From contig OZ024742.1 of the NCBI GenBank assembly GCA_964016885.1, positions 164,796,001 through 164,860,000 of the forward strand: a DNA stretch of 64,000 nt, read 5' to 3'. A model generated the notes under the pieces. The model was not told the origin of the DNA and did not search any database. It saw nothing but the letters and a program-made list of their open reading frames with translations. Positions 9,981 to 22,700 of the stretch are shown piece by piece. This DNA comes from Eledone cirrhosa (Eukaryota). Each line of letters starts with the position of its first letter. Position 1 is the first letter of the stretch. Made by a program: the position numbers and the translations under genes.

Positions 9981-12900
9981 TACAAATTATCTCCCCCTGA
10001 TTTTTTTTACAAATTATCTCCACCTGATTTTTTAAAAAATTATCTCCCCTTGGACGGCTGGAAATTATCTCCCCTTGGACGGCTGGAAATTATCTCCCCT
10101 TGATTTTTTTTACAAATTATCTCCCCCTGATTTTTTTTTACAAATTATCTCCCCCTGATTTTTTTTACAAATTATCTCCCCCTGATTTTTTTTTACAAAT
10201 TATTTCCCCCTGATTTTTTTACAAATTATCTCCCCCCTGATTTTTTTTACAATCTCCGCCTAATTTTTTTAAAAATTATCTTCCCTTGGCTGGCGGGAAA
10301 TTATCTCCCCTTGGACGGCTGAAAATTATCTCCCCTTGGACGGCTGGAAATTATCTCCCCTTGATTTTTTTTACAAATTATCTCCCCCTGATTTTTTTTT
10401 ACAAATTATCTCCCCCTGATTTTTTTTACAAATTATCTCCCCCTGATTTTTTTTTACAAATTATCTCCCCCTGATTTTTTTTACAAATTATCTCCCCCTG
10501 ATTTTTTTACAAATTATCTCCCCTTGGCTGGCTGGAAATTATCTCCCCTTGGAGGCTGGAATTTATCTCCCCTTGGACGGCTAGAAATTACCTCTCCTTG
10601 GACGGCTGGAAAATATGTCCTTGGACGGCTGGATATTATCTACCCTTGGACGGCTGGAAATTATCTCCCCTTGGACGGCTGGAAATTATCTCCCCTTGGA
10701 CGGCTAGATATTACCTCCCCTTGGACGGCTGGAAATTATCTCCCCTTGATTTTTTTTACAAATTATCCCCCCCTGATTTTTTTTTACAAATTATCTCCCC
10801 CTGATTTTTTTTTACAAATTATCTACCCCTGATTTTTTTTTACAAATTATCTCCCCCTGATTTTTTTTACAAATTATCTCTCCCTGATTTTTTTTTACAA
10901 ATTATCTCCCCCTGATTTTTTTTTACAAATTATCTACCCCTGATTTTTTTTTACAAATTATCTCCCCCTGATTTTTTTTACAAATTATCTCCCCCTGATT
11001 TTTTTTACAAATTATCTCCCCCTGATTTTTTTACAAATTATCTCCCCCCGATTTTTTTTACAAATTATCTCCGCCTAATTTTTTTAAATATTATCTTCCC
11101 TTGGCTGGCGGGAAATTATCTCCCCTTGGACGGCTGAAAATTATCTCCCCTTGGACGGCTGGAAATTATCTCCCCTTGATTTTTTTACAAATTATCTCCC
11201 CCTGATTATTTTTTACAAATTATCTCCCCCTGATTTTTTTTTACAAATTATCTCCCTCTGATTTTTTTTACAAATTATCTCCCCTTGGCTGGCTGGAAAT
11301 TATCTCCCCTTGGAGGCTGGAATTTATCTCCACTTGGACGGTTAGAAATTACCTCTCCTTGGACTGCTGGAAAATATGTCTCCTTGGACGGCTGGAAATT
11401 ATCTCCCCTTGGACGGCTGGAAATTATCTCCCCTTGGACGGCTGGAAATTATCTCTCCTCGGACGACTAGAAATTACCTCTCCTTGGACAGCTGAAAATT
11501 ATCTCCCCTTGGACGGCTGGAAATTATCTCCCCTTGATTTTTTTTACAAATTATCTCCCCGATTTTTTTTTACAAATTATCTCCCCCTGATTTTTTTTTA
11601 CAAATTATCTCCCCCTGATTTTTTTTACAAATTATCTCCCCCTGATATTTTTTACAAATTATCTCCCCCTGATTTTTTAACAAATTATCTCCCCTTGGCT
11701 GGCTGGAAATTATCTCCCCTTGGAGGCTGGAATTTATCTCCCCTTGGACGGCTAGAAATTACCTCGCCTTGGACGGCTGGAAAATATGTCTCCTTGGACG
11801 GCTGGAAATTATCTCCCCTTGGACGGCTGGAAATTATCTCCCCTTGGACGGCTGGAAATTATCTCCCTTTGGACGGCTAGATATTACCTCCCCTTGGACG
11901 GCTGGAAATTATCTCCCCTTGATTTTTTTTACAAATTATCTCCCCCTGATTTTTTTTTACAAATTATCTCCCCCTGATTTTTTTTTACGAATTATCTCCC
12001 CCTGATTTTTTTTTACAAATTATCTCCGCCTGATTTTTTTTTTAAAATTATCTCCCCTTGAACGGCTGGAAATTATCTCCCCTTGGACGGCTGGAAATTA
12101 TCTCCCCTTGGACGGCTAGAAATTACCTCTCCTTGGACGGCTGAAAATTATCTCCCCTTGGACGGCTGCAAATTATCTCCCCTTGATTTTTTAACAAATT
12201 ATCTCCCCCTGATTTTTTTTTACAAATTATCTCCCCCTGATTTTTTTTTACAAATTATCTACGCCTAATTTTTTTTACAAATTATCTCCCCCTGATTTTT
12301 TTTTACAAATTATCTCCCCCTGATTTTTTTTACAAATTATCTCCCCCTGATTTTTTTTTACAAATTATTTCCCCCTGATTTTTTTACAAATTATCTCCCC
12401 CCTGATTTTTTTTACAATCTCCGCCTGATTTTTTTAAAAATTATCTTGCCTTGGCTGGCGGGAAATTATCTCCCCTTGGACGGCTGGAAATTATATCCCC
12501 TTGGACGGCTGGAAATTACCTCCCCTTGGACAGCTGGAAATTATCTGCCCTTGATTTTGTTTTTACAAATTATCTCCCCCTGATTTTTTTTACAAATTAT
12601 CTCCACCTGATTTTTTAAAAAATTATCTCCCCTTGGACGGCTGGAAATTATCTCCCCTTGATTTTTTTTACAAATTATCTCCCCCTGATTTTTTTTTACA
12701 AATTATCTCCCCCTGATTTTTTTTTACAAATTATCTCCCCCTGATTTTTTTTTACAAATTATCTGCCCCTGATTTTTTTTACAAATTATCTCCCCCTGAT
12801 TTTTTTACAAATTATCTCCCCTTGGCTGGCTGGAAATTATCTCCCCTTGGAGGCTGGAATTTATCTCCCCTTGGACGGCTAGAAATTACCTCTCCTTGGA

Positions 12901-13789
12901 CGGCTGGAAAATATTTCTCCTTGGACGGCTGGATATTATCTACCCTTGGACGGGTGGAAATTATCTCCCCTTGGACGGCTGGAAATTATCTCCCCTTGGA
13001 CGGCTAGATATTACCTCCCCTTGGACGACTGGAAATTATCTCCCCTTGATTTTTTTTACAAATTATCTCCCCCTGATTTTTTTTTTACAAATTATCTCCC
13101 CCTGATTTTTTTTACAAATTATCTCCGCCTGATTTTTTTAAATATTATCTTCTCTTGGCTGGCGGGAAATTATCTCCCCTTGGACGGCTGAAAATTATCT
13201 CCCCTTGGACGGCTGGAAATTATCTCCCCTTGATTTTTTTTACAAATTATCTCCCCCTGATTTTTTTTTACAAATTATCTCCCCCTGATTTTTTTTTACA
13301 AATTATCTCCCCCTGATTTTTTTTTTACAAATTATCTCCCCCTGATTTATTTACAAATTATCTCCCCCTGATTTTTTTTACAAATTATCTCCGACTGATT
13401 TTTTTAAATATTATCTTCTCTTGGCTGGCGGGAAATTATCTCCCCTTGGACGGCTGAAAATTATCTCCCCTTGGACGGCTGGAAATTATCTCCCCTTGAT
13501 TTTTTTTACAAATTATCTCCCCCTGATTTTTTTTTACAAATTATCTCCCCCTGATTTTTTTTTACAAATTATCTCCCCCTGATTTTTTTTTACAAATTAT
13601 CTCCCCCTGATTTTTTTTACAAATTATCTCCCCCTGATTTTTTTACAAATTATCTCCCCTTGGCTGGCTGGAAATTATCTCCCCTTGGAGGCTGGAATTT
13701 ATCTCCCCTTGGACGGCTAGAAATTACCTCTCCTTGGACGGCTGGAAAATATGTCCTTGGACGGCTGGATATTATCTACCCTTGGACGT

Positions 13790-16700
13790 CTGGAAATTAT
13801 CTCTCCTCGGACGACTAGAAATTACCTCTCCTTGGACAGCTGAAAATTATCTCCCCTTGGACGGCTGGAAATTATCTCCCCTTGATTTTTTTTACAAATT
13901 ATCTCCCCCTGATTTATTTTACAAATTATCTCCCCCTGATTTTTTTTTACAAATTATCTCCCCCTGATTTTTTTTACAAATTATCTCCCTCTGATATTTT
14001 TTACAAATTATCTCCCCCTGATTTTTTTACAAATTATCTCCCCTTGGCTGGCTGGAAATTATCTACCCTTGGAGGCTGGAATTTATCTCCCCTTGGACGG
14101 CTAGAAATTACCTCGCCTTGGACGGCTGGAAAATATGTCTCCTTGGACGGCTGGAAATTATCTCCCCTTGGACGGCTGGAAATTATCTCCCCTTGGACGG
14201 CTGGAAATTATCTCCCCTTGGACGGCTAGATATTACCTCCCCTTGGACGGCTGGAAATTATCTCCCCTTGATTTTTTTTACAAATTATCTCCCCCTGATT
14301 TTTTTTTACAAATTATCTCCCCCTGATTTTTTTTTACGAAGTATCTCCCCCTGATTTTTTTTTACAAATTATCTCCGCCTGATTTTTTTTAAAAAATTAT
14401 CTCCCCTTGAACGGCTGGAAATTATCTCCCCTTGGACGGCTGGAAATTATCTCCCCTTGGACGGCTAGAAATTACCTCTCCTTGGACGGCTGAAAATTAT
14501 CTCCCATTGGACGGCTGCAAATTATCTCCCCTTGATTTTTTAACAAATTATCTCCCCCTGATTTTTTTTTACAAATTATCTCCCCCTGATTTTTTTTTAC
14601 AAATTATCTACGCCTAATTTTTTTTACAAATTATCTCCCCCTGATTTTTTTTTACAAATTATCTCCCCCTGATTTTTTTTACAAATTATCTCCCCCTGAT
14701 TTTTTTTTACAAATTATTTCCCCCTGATTTTTTTACAAATTATCTCCCCCCTGATTTTTTTTACAATCTCCGCCTGATTTTTTTAAAAATTATCTTCCCT
14801 TGGCTGGCGGGAAATTATCTCCCCTTGGACGGCTGGAAATTATATCCCCTTGGAAGGATGGAAATTATCTCCCCTTGGACGGCTGGAAATTATCTCCCCT
14901 TGGACGGCTGGAAATTATCTCCCCTTGGACAGCTGGAAATTATCTGTCCTTGATTTTGTTTTTACAAATTATCTCCCCCTGATTTTTTTTACAAATTATC
15001 TCCACCTGATTTTTTAAAAAATTATCTCCCCTTGGACGGCTGGAAATTATCTCCCCTTGATTTTTTTTACAAATTATCTCCCCCTGATTTTTTTTTACAA
15101 ATTATCTCCCCCTGATTTTTTTTTACAAATTATCTTCCCCTGATTTTTTTTTACAAATTATCTCACCCTGATTTTTTTTACAAATTATCTCTCCCTGATT
15201 TTTTTACAAATTATCTCCCCTTGGCTGGCTGGAAATTATCTCCCCTTGGAGGCTGGAATTTATCTCCCCTTGGACGGCTAGAAATTACCTCTCCTTGGAC
15301 GGCTGGAAAATATGTCTCCTTGGACGGCTGGATATTATCTACCCTTGGACGGCTGGAAATTATCTCCCCTTGGACGGCTGGAAATTATCTCCTCTTGGAC
15401 GGCTAGATATTACCTCCCCTTGGACGGCTGGAAATTATCTCCCCTTGATTTTTTTACAAATTATCTCCCCCTGATTTTTTTACAAATTATCTCCCCCTGA
15501 TTTTTTTTACAAATTATCTCCGCCTAATTTTTTTAAATATTATCTTCCCTTGGCTGGCGGGAAATTATCTCCCCTTGGACGGCTGAAAATTATCTCCCCT
15601 TGGACGGCTGGAAATTATCTCCCCTTGATTTTTTTTACAAATTATCTCCCCCTGATTTTTTTTTACAAATTATCTCCCCCTGATTTTTTTTACAAATTAT
15701 CTCCCCCTGATTTTTTTACAAATTATCTCCCCTTGGCTGGCTGGAAATTATCTCCCCTTGGAGGCTGGAATTTATCTCCCCTTGGACGGCTAGAAATTAC
15801 CTCTCCTTGGAAGGCTGGAAAATATGTCCTTGGACGGCTGGATATTATCTACCCTTGGACGGCTGGAAATTATCTCCCCTTGGACGGCTGGAAATTATCT
15901 CCCCTTGATTTTTTTTTACAAATTATCTCCCCCTGATTATTTTTTACAAATTATCCCCTGATTTTTTTTTTACAAATTATCTCCCCCTGATTTTTTTTAC
16001 AAATTATCTCCCCCTGATTTTTTTACAAATTATCTCCCCTTGGCTGGCTGGAAATTATCTCCCATTGGAGGCTGGAATTTATCTCCCCTTGGACGGTTAG
16101 AAATTACCTCCCCTTGGACGGCTGGAAAATATGTCTCCTTGGACGGCTGGAAATTATCGCGCCTTGGACGGCTGGAAATTATCTCCCCTTGGACGGCTGG
16201 AAATTATCTCTCATCGGACGGCTAGAAATTACCTCTCCTTGGACAGCTGAAAATTATCTCCCCTTGGACGGCTGGAAATTATCTCCCCTTGATTTCTTTT
16301 ACAAATTATCTCCCCCTGATTTTTTTTTACAAATTATCTCCCCCTGATTTTTTTTTACAAATTATCTCCCCCTGATTTTTTTTTACAAATTATCTCCGCC
16401 TGATATTTTTTACAAATTATCTCCCCCTGATTTTTTTACAAATTATCTCCCCTTGGCTGGCTGGAAATTATCTCCCCTTGGAGGCTGGAATTTATCTCCC
16501 CTTGGACGGCTAGAAATTACCTCGCCTTGGACGGCTGGAAAATATGTCTCCTTGGACGGCTGGAAATTATCTCCCCTTGGACGGCTGGAAATTATCTCCC
16601 CTTGGACAGCTGGAAATTATCTCCCCTTGGACGGCTAGATATTACCTCCCCTTGGACGGCTGGAAATTATCTCCCCTTGATTTTTTTTACAAATTATCTC

Positions 16701-19700
16701 CCCCTGATTTTTTTTTACAAATTATCTCCCCCTGATTTTTTTTTACGAATTATCTCCCCCCGATTTTTTTTTACAAATTATCTCCGCCTGATTTTTTTTT
16801 AAAAATTATCTCCCCTTGAACGGCTGGAAATTATCTCCCCTTGGACGGCTGGAAATTATCTCCCCTTGGACGGCTAGAAATTACCTCTCCTTGGACGGCT
16901 GAAAATTATCTCCCCTTGGACGGCTGCAAATTATCTCCCCTTGATTTTTTAACAAATTATCTCCCCCTGATTTTTTTTTACAAATTATCTCCCCCTGATT
17001 TTTTTTTACAAATTATCTCCCCCTGATTTTTTTTTACAAATTATCTCCCCCTGATTTTTTTTACAATCTCCGCCTGATTTTTTAAAAAATTATCTTCCCT
17101 TGGCTGGCGGGAAATTATCTCCCCTTGGACGGCTGGAAATTATCTCCCCTTGATTTTTTTACAAATTATCTCCCCCTGATTTTTTTTACAAATTATCTCC
17201 CCCTGATTTTATGTTACAAATTATCTCCCCCTGATTTTTTTACAAATTATCTCCCCCTGATTTTTTTTACAAATTATCTCCGCCTGATTTTTTTAAATAT
17301 TATCTTCCCTTGGCTGGCGGGAAATTATCTCCCCTTGGACGGCTGGAAATTATCTCCCCTTGATTTTTTTTACAAATTATCTCCCCCTGATTTTTTTTTA
17401 CAAATTATCTCCCCCTGATTTTTTTTTACAAATTATCTCCCCCTGATTTTTTTTTACAAATTATCTCCCCCTGATTTTTTTTTACAAATCTCCCCCTGAT
17501 TTTTTTATAAATTATCTCCCCTTGGCTGGCTGGAAATTATCTCCCCTTGGAGGCTGGAATTTATCTCCCCTTGGACGGCTAGAAATTACCTCTCCTTGGA
17601 TGGCTGGAAAATATGTCTCCTTGGACGGCTGGATATTATCTACCCTTGGACGGCTGGAAATTATCTCCCCTTGGACGGCTGGAAATTATCTCCCCTTGGA
17701 CGGCTAGATATTACCTCCCATTGGACGGCTGGAAATTATCTCCCCTTGATTTTTTTTACAAATTATCTCCCCCTGATTTTTTTTTACGAATTATCTCCCC
17801 CTGATTTTTTTTTACAAATTATCTCCGCCTGATTTTTTTTTAAAAATTATCTCCCCTTGAACGGCTGGAAATTATCTCCCCTTGGACGGCTGGAAATTAT
17901 CTCCCCTTGGACGGCTAGAAATTACCTCTCCTTGGACTGCTGAAAATTATCTCCCCTTGGACGGCTGCAAATTATCTCCCCTTGATTTTTTTAACAAATT
18001 ATCTCCCCCTGATTTTTTTTTACAAATTATCTCCCCCTGATTTTTTTTTACAAATTATCTACGCCTAATTTTTTTTACAAATTATCTCCCCCTGATTTTT
18101 TTTTACAAATTATCTCCCCCTGATTTTTTTTACAAATTATCTCCCCCTGATTTTTTTTACAAATTATCTCCCCCTGATTTTTTTACAAATTATCTCCCCC
18201 CTGATTTTTTTTACAATCTCCGCCTGATTTTTTTAAAAATTATCTTCCCTTGGCTGGCGGGAAATTATCTCCCCTTGGACGGCTGGAAATTATATCCCCT
18301 TGGAAGGATGGAAATTATCTCCCCTTGGACGGCTGGAAATTATCTCCCCTTGGACGGCTGGAAATTACCTCCCCTTGGACAGCTGGAAATTATCTGCCCT
18401 TGATTTTGTTTTTACAAATTATCTCCCCCTGATTTTTTTTACAAATTATCTCCACCTGATTTTTTAAAAAATTATCTCCCCTTGGACGGCTGGAAATTAT
18501 CTCCCCTTGGACGGCTGGAAATTATCTCCCCTTGATTTTTTTTACAAATTATCTCCCCCTGATTTTTTTTTACAAATTATCTCCCCCTGATTTTTTTTAC
18601 AAATTATCTCCCCCTGATTTTTTTTTACAAATTATTTCCCCCTGATTTTTTTACAAATTATCTCCCCCCTGATTTTTTTTACAATCTCCGCCTGATTTTT
18701 TTAAAAATTATCTTCCCTTGGCTGGCGGGAAATTATCTCCCCTTGGACGGCTGGAAATTATATCCCCTTGGAAGGATGGAAATTATCTCCCCTTGGACGG
18801 CTGGAAATTATCTCCCCTTGGACGGCTGGAAATTATCTCCCCTTGGACAGCTGGAAATTATCTGCCCTTGATTTTGTTTTTACAAATTATCTCCCCCTGA
18901 TTTTTTTTACAAATTATCTCCACCTGATTTTTTAAAAAATTATCTCCCCTTGGACGGCTGGAAATTATCTCCCCTTGATTTTTTTTACAAATTATCTCCC
19001 CCTGATTTTTTTTTACAAATTATCTCCCCCTGATTTTTTTTACAAATTATCTCCCCCTGATTTTTTTTTACAAATTATCTCACCCTGATTTTTTTTACAA
19101 ATTATCTCTCCCTGATTTTTTTACAAATTATCTCCCCTTGGCTGGCTGGAAATTATCTCCCCTTGGAGGCTGGAATTTATCTCCCCTTGGACGGCTAGAA
19201 ATTACCTCTCCTTGGACGGCTGGAAAATATGTCTCCTTGGACGGCTGGATATTATCTACCCTTGGACGGCTGGAAATTATCTCCCCTTGGACGGCTGGAA
19301 ATTATCTCCTCTTGGACGGCTAGATATTACCTCCCCTTGGACGGCTGGAAATTATCTCCCCTTGATTTTTTTACAAATTATCTCCCCCTGATTTTTTTAC
19401 AAATTATCTCCCCCTGATTTTTTTTACAAATTATCTCCGCCTAATTTTTTTAAATATTATCTTCCCTTGGCTGGCGGGAAATTATCTCCCCTTGGACGGC
19501 TGAAAATTATCTCCCCTTGGACGGCTGGAAATTATCTCCCCTTGATTTTTTTTACAAATTATCTCCCCCTGATTTTTTTTTACAAATTATCTCCCCCTGA
19601 TTTTTTTTACAAATTATCTCCTGATTTTTTTACAAATTATCTCCCCTTGGCTGGCTGGAAATTATCTCCCCTTGGAGGCTGGAATTTATCTCCCCTTGGA

Positions 19701-22700
19701 CGGCTAGAAATTACCTCTCCTTGGAAGGCTGGAAAATATGTCCTTGGACGGCTGGATATTATCTACCCTTGGACGGCTGGAAATTATCTCCCCTTGGACG
19801 GCTGGAAATTATCTCCCCTTGGACGGCTAGATATTACCTCCCCTTGGACGGCTGAAAATTATCTCCCCTTGGACGGCTGGAAATTATCTCCCCTTGATTT
19901 TTTTTACAAATTATCTCCCCCTGATTATTTTTTACAAATTATCCCCTGATTTTTTTTTTACAAATTATCTCCCCCTGATTTTTTTTACAAATTATCTCCC
20001 CCTGATTTTTTTACAAATTATCTCCCCTTGGCTGGCTGGAAATTATCTCCCATTGGAGGCTGGAATTTATCTCCCCTTGGACGGTTAGAAATTACCTCCC
20101 CTTGGACGGCTGGAAAATATGTCTCCTTGGACGGCTGGAAATTATCGCCCCTTGGACGGCTGGAAATTATCTCCCCTTGGACGGCTGGAAATTATCTCTC
20201 ATCGGACGGCTAGAAATTACCTCTCCTTGGACAGCTGAAAATTATCTCCCCTTGGACGGCTGGAAATTATCTCCCCTTGATTTTTTTTACAAATTATCTC
20301 CCCCTGATTTTTTTTTACAAATTATCTCCCCCTGATTTTTTTTTACAAATTATCTCCCCCTGATTTTTTTTTACAAATTATCTCCCCCTGATATTTTTTA
20401 CAAATTATCTCCCCCTGATTTTTTTACAAATTATCTCCCCTTGGCTGGCTGGAAATTATCTCCCCTTGGAGGCTGGAATTTATCTCCCCTTGGACGGCTA
20501 GAAATTACCTCGCCTTGGACGGCTGGAAAATATGTCTCCTTGGACGGCTGGAAATTATCTCCCCTTGGACGGCTGGAAATTATCTCCCCTTGGACAGCTG
20601 GAAATTATCTCCCCTTGGACGGCTAGATATTACCTCCCCTTGGACGGCTGGAAATTATCTCCCCTTGATTTTTTTTACAAATTATCTCCCCCTGATTTTT
20701 TTTTACAAATTATCTCCCCCTGATTTTTTTTTACGAATTATCTCCCCCCGATTTTTTTTTACAAATTATCTCCGCCTGATTTTTTTTTAAAAATTATCTC
20801 CACTTGAACGGCTGGAAATTATCTCCCCTTGGACGGCTGGAAATTATCTCCCCTTGGACGGCTAGAAATTACCTCTCCTTGGACGGCTGAAAATTATCTC
20901 CCCTTGGACGGCTGCAAATTATCTCCCCTTGATTTTTTAACAAATTATCTCCCCCTGATTTTTTTTTACAAATTATCTCCCCCTGATTTTTTTTTACAAA
21001 TTATCTCCCCCTGATTTTTTTTTACAAATTATCTCCCCCTGATTTTTTTACAAATTATCTCCCCCTGATTTTTTTTACAATCTCCGCCTGATTTTTTAAA
21101 AAATTATCTTCCCTTGGCTGGCGGGAAATTATCTCCCCTTGGACGGCTGGAAATTATCTCCCCTTGGACGGCTGGAAATTATCTCCCCTTGGACAGCTGG
21201 AAATTATCTGCCCTTGATTTTGTTTTTACAAATTATCTCCCCCTGATTTTTTTTACAAATTATCTCCACCTGATTTTTTAAAAAATTATCTCCCCTTGGA
21301 CGGCTGGAAATTATCTCCCCTTGATTTTTTTACAAATTATCTCCCCCTGATTTTTTTTACAAATTATCTCCCCCTGATTTTATGTTACAAATTATCTCCC
21401 CCTGATTTTTTTACAAATTATCTCCCCCTGATTTTTTTTACAAATTATCTCCGCCTGATTTTTTTAAATATTATCTTCCCTTGGCTGGCGGGAAATTATC
21501 TCCCCTTGGACGGCTGGAAATTATCTCCCCTTGATTTTTTTTACAAATTATCTCCCCCTGATTTTTTTTTACAAATTATCTCCCCCTGATTTTTTTTTAC
21601 AAATTATCTCCCCCTGATTTTTTTTTACAAATTATCTCCCCCTGATTTTTTTTTACAAATCTCCCCCTGATTTTTTTATAAATTATCTCCCCTTGGCTGG
21701 CTGGAAATTATCTCCCCTTGGAGGCTGGAATTTATCTCCCCTTGGACGGCTAGAAATTACCTCTCCTTGGATGGCTGGAAAATATGTCTCCTTGGACGGC
21801 TGGATATTATCTACCCTTGGACGGCTGGAAATTATCTCCCCTTGGACGGCTGGAAATTATCTCCCCTTGGACGGCTAGATATTACCTCCCATTGGACGGC
21901 TGGAAATTATCTCCCCTTGATTTTTTTTACAAATTATCTCCCCCTGATTTTTTTTTACGAATTATCTCCCCCTGATTTTTTTTTACAAATTATCTCCGCC
22001 TGATTTTTTTTTTAAAATTATCTCCCCTTGAACGGCTGGAAATTATCTCCCCTTGGACGGCTGGAAATTATCTCCCCTTGGACGGCTAGAAATTACCTCT
22101 CCTTGGACGGCTGGAAATTATCTCCCCTTGGACGGCTGCAAATTATCTCCCCTTGATTTTTTTAACAAATTATCTCCCCCTGATTTTTTTTTACAAATTA
22201 TCTCCCCCTGATTTTTTTTACAAATTATCTACGCCTAATTTTTTTTACAAATTATCTCCCCCTGATTTTTTTTTACAAATTATCTCCCCCTGATTTTTTT
22301 TACAAATTATCTCCCCTTGGCTGGCTGGAAATTATCTCCCCTTGGAGGCTGGAATTTATCTCCCCTTGGACGGTTAGAAATTACCTCTCCTTGGACTGCT
22401 GGAAAATATGTCTCCTTGGACGGCTGGAAATTATCTCCCCTTGGACGGCTGGAAATTATCTCCCCTTGGACGGCTGGAAATTATCTCTCCTCGGACGACT
22501 AGAAATTACCTCTCCTTGGACAGCTGAAAATTATCTCCCCTTGGACGGCTGGAAATTATCTCCCCTTGATTTTTTTTACAAATTATCTCCCCCTGATTTA
22601 TTTTACAAATTATCTCCCCCTGATTTTTTTTTACAAATTATCTCCCCCTGATTTTTTTTACAAATTATCTCCCCCTGATATTTTTTACAAATTATCTCCC

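Larger units (their letters stand above)
1..12260. repeat. HOR domain 1: two copies at offset 6222 bp, changing to 6548 bp after a net 326-bp gain in copy 2
   Basis: Matching ORF pairs 68/6290, 721/6943, 1609/7831, 2674/8896, 3130/9352 (offset 6222) and 3738/10286, 4737/11285, 5535/12083 (offset 6548). The match ends near 5712/12260. Confidence 0.92.
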
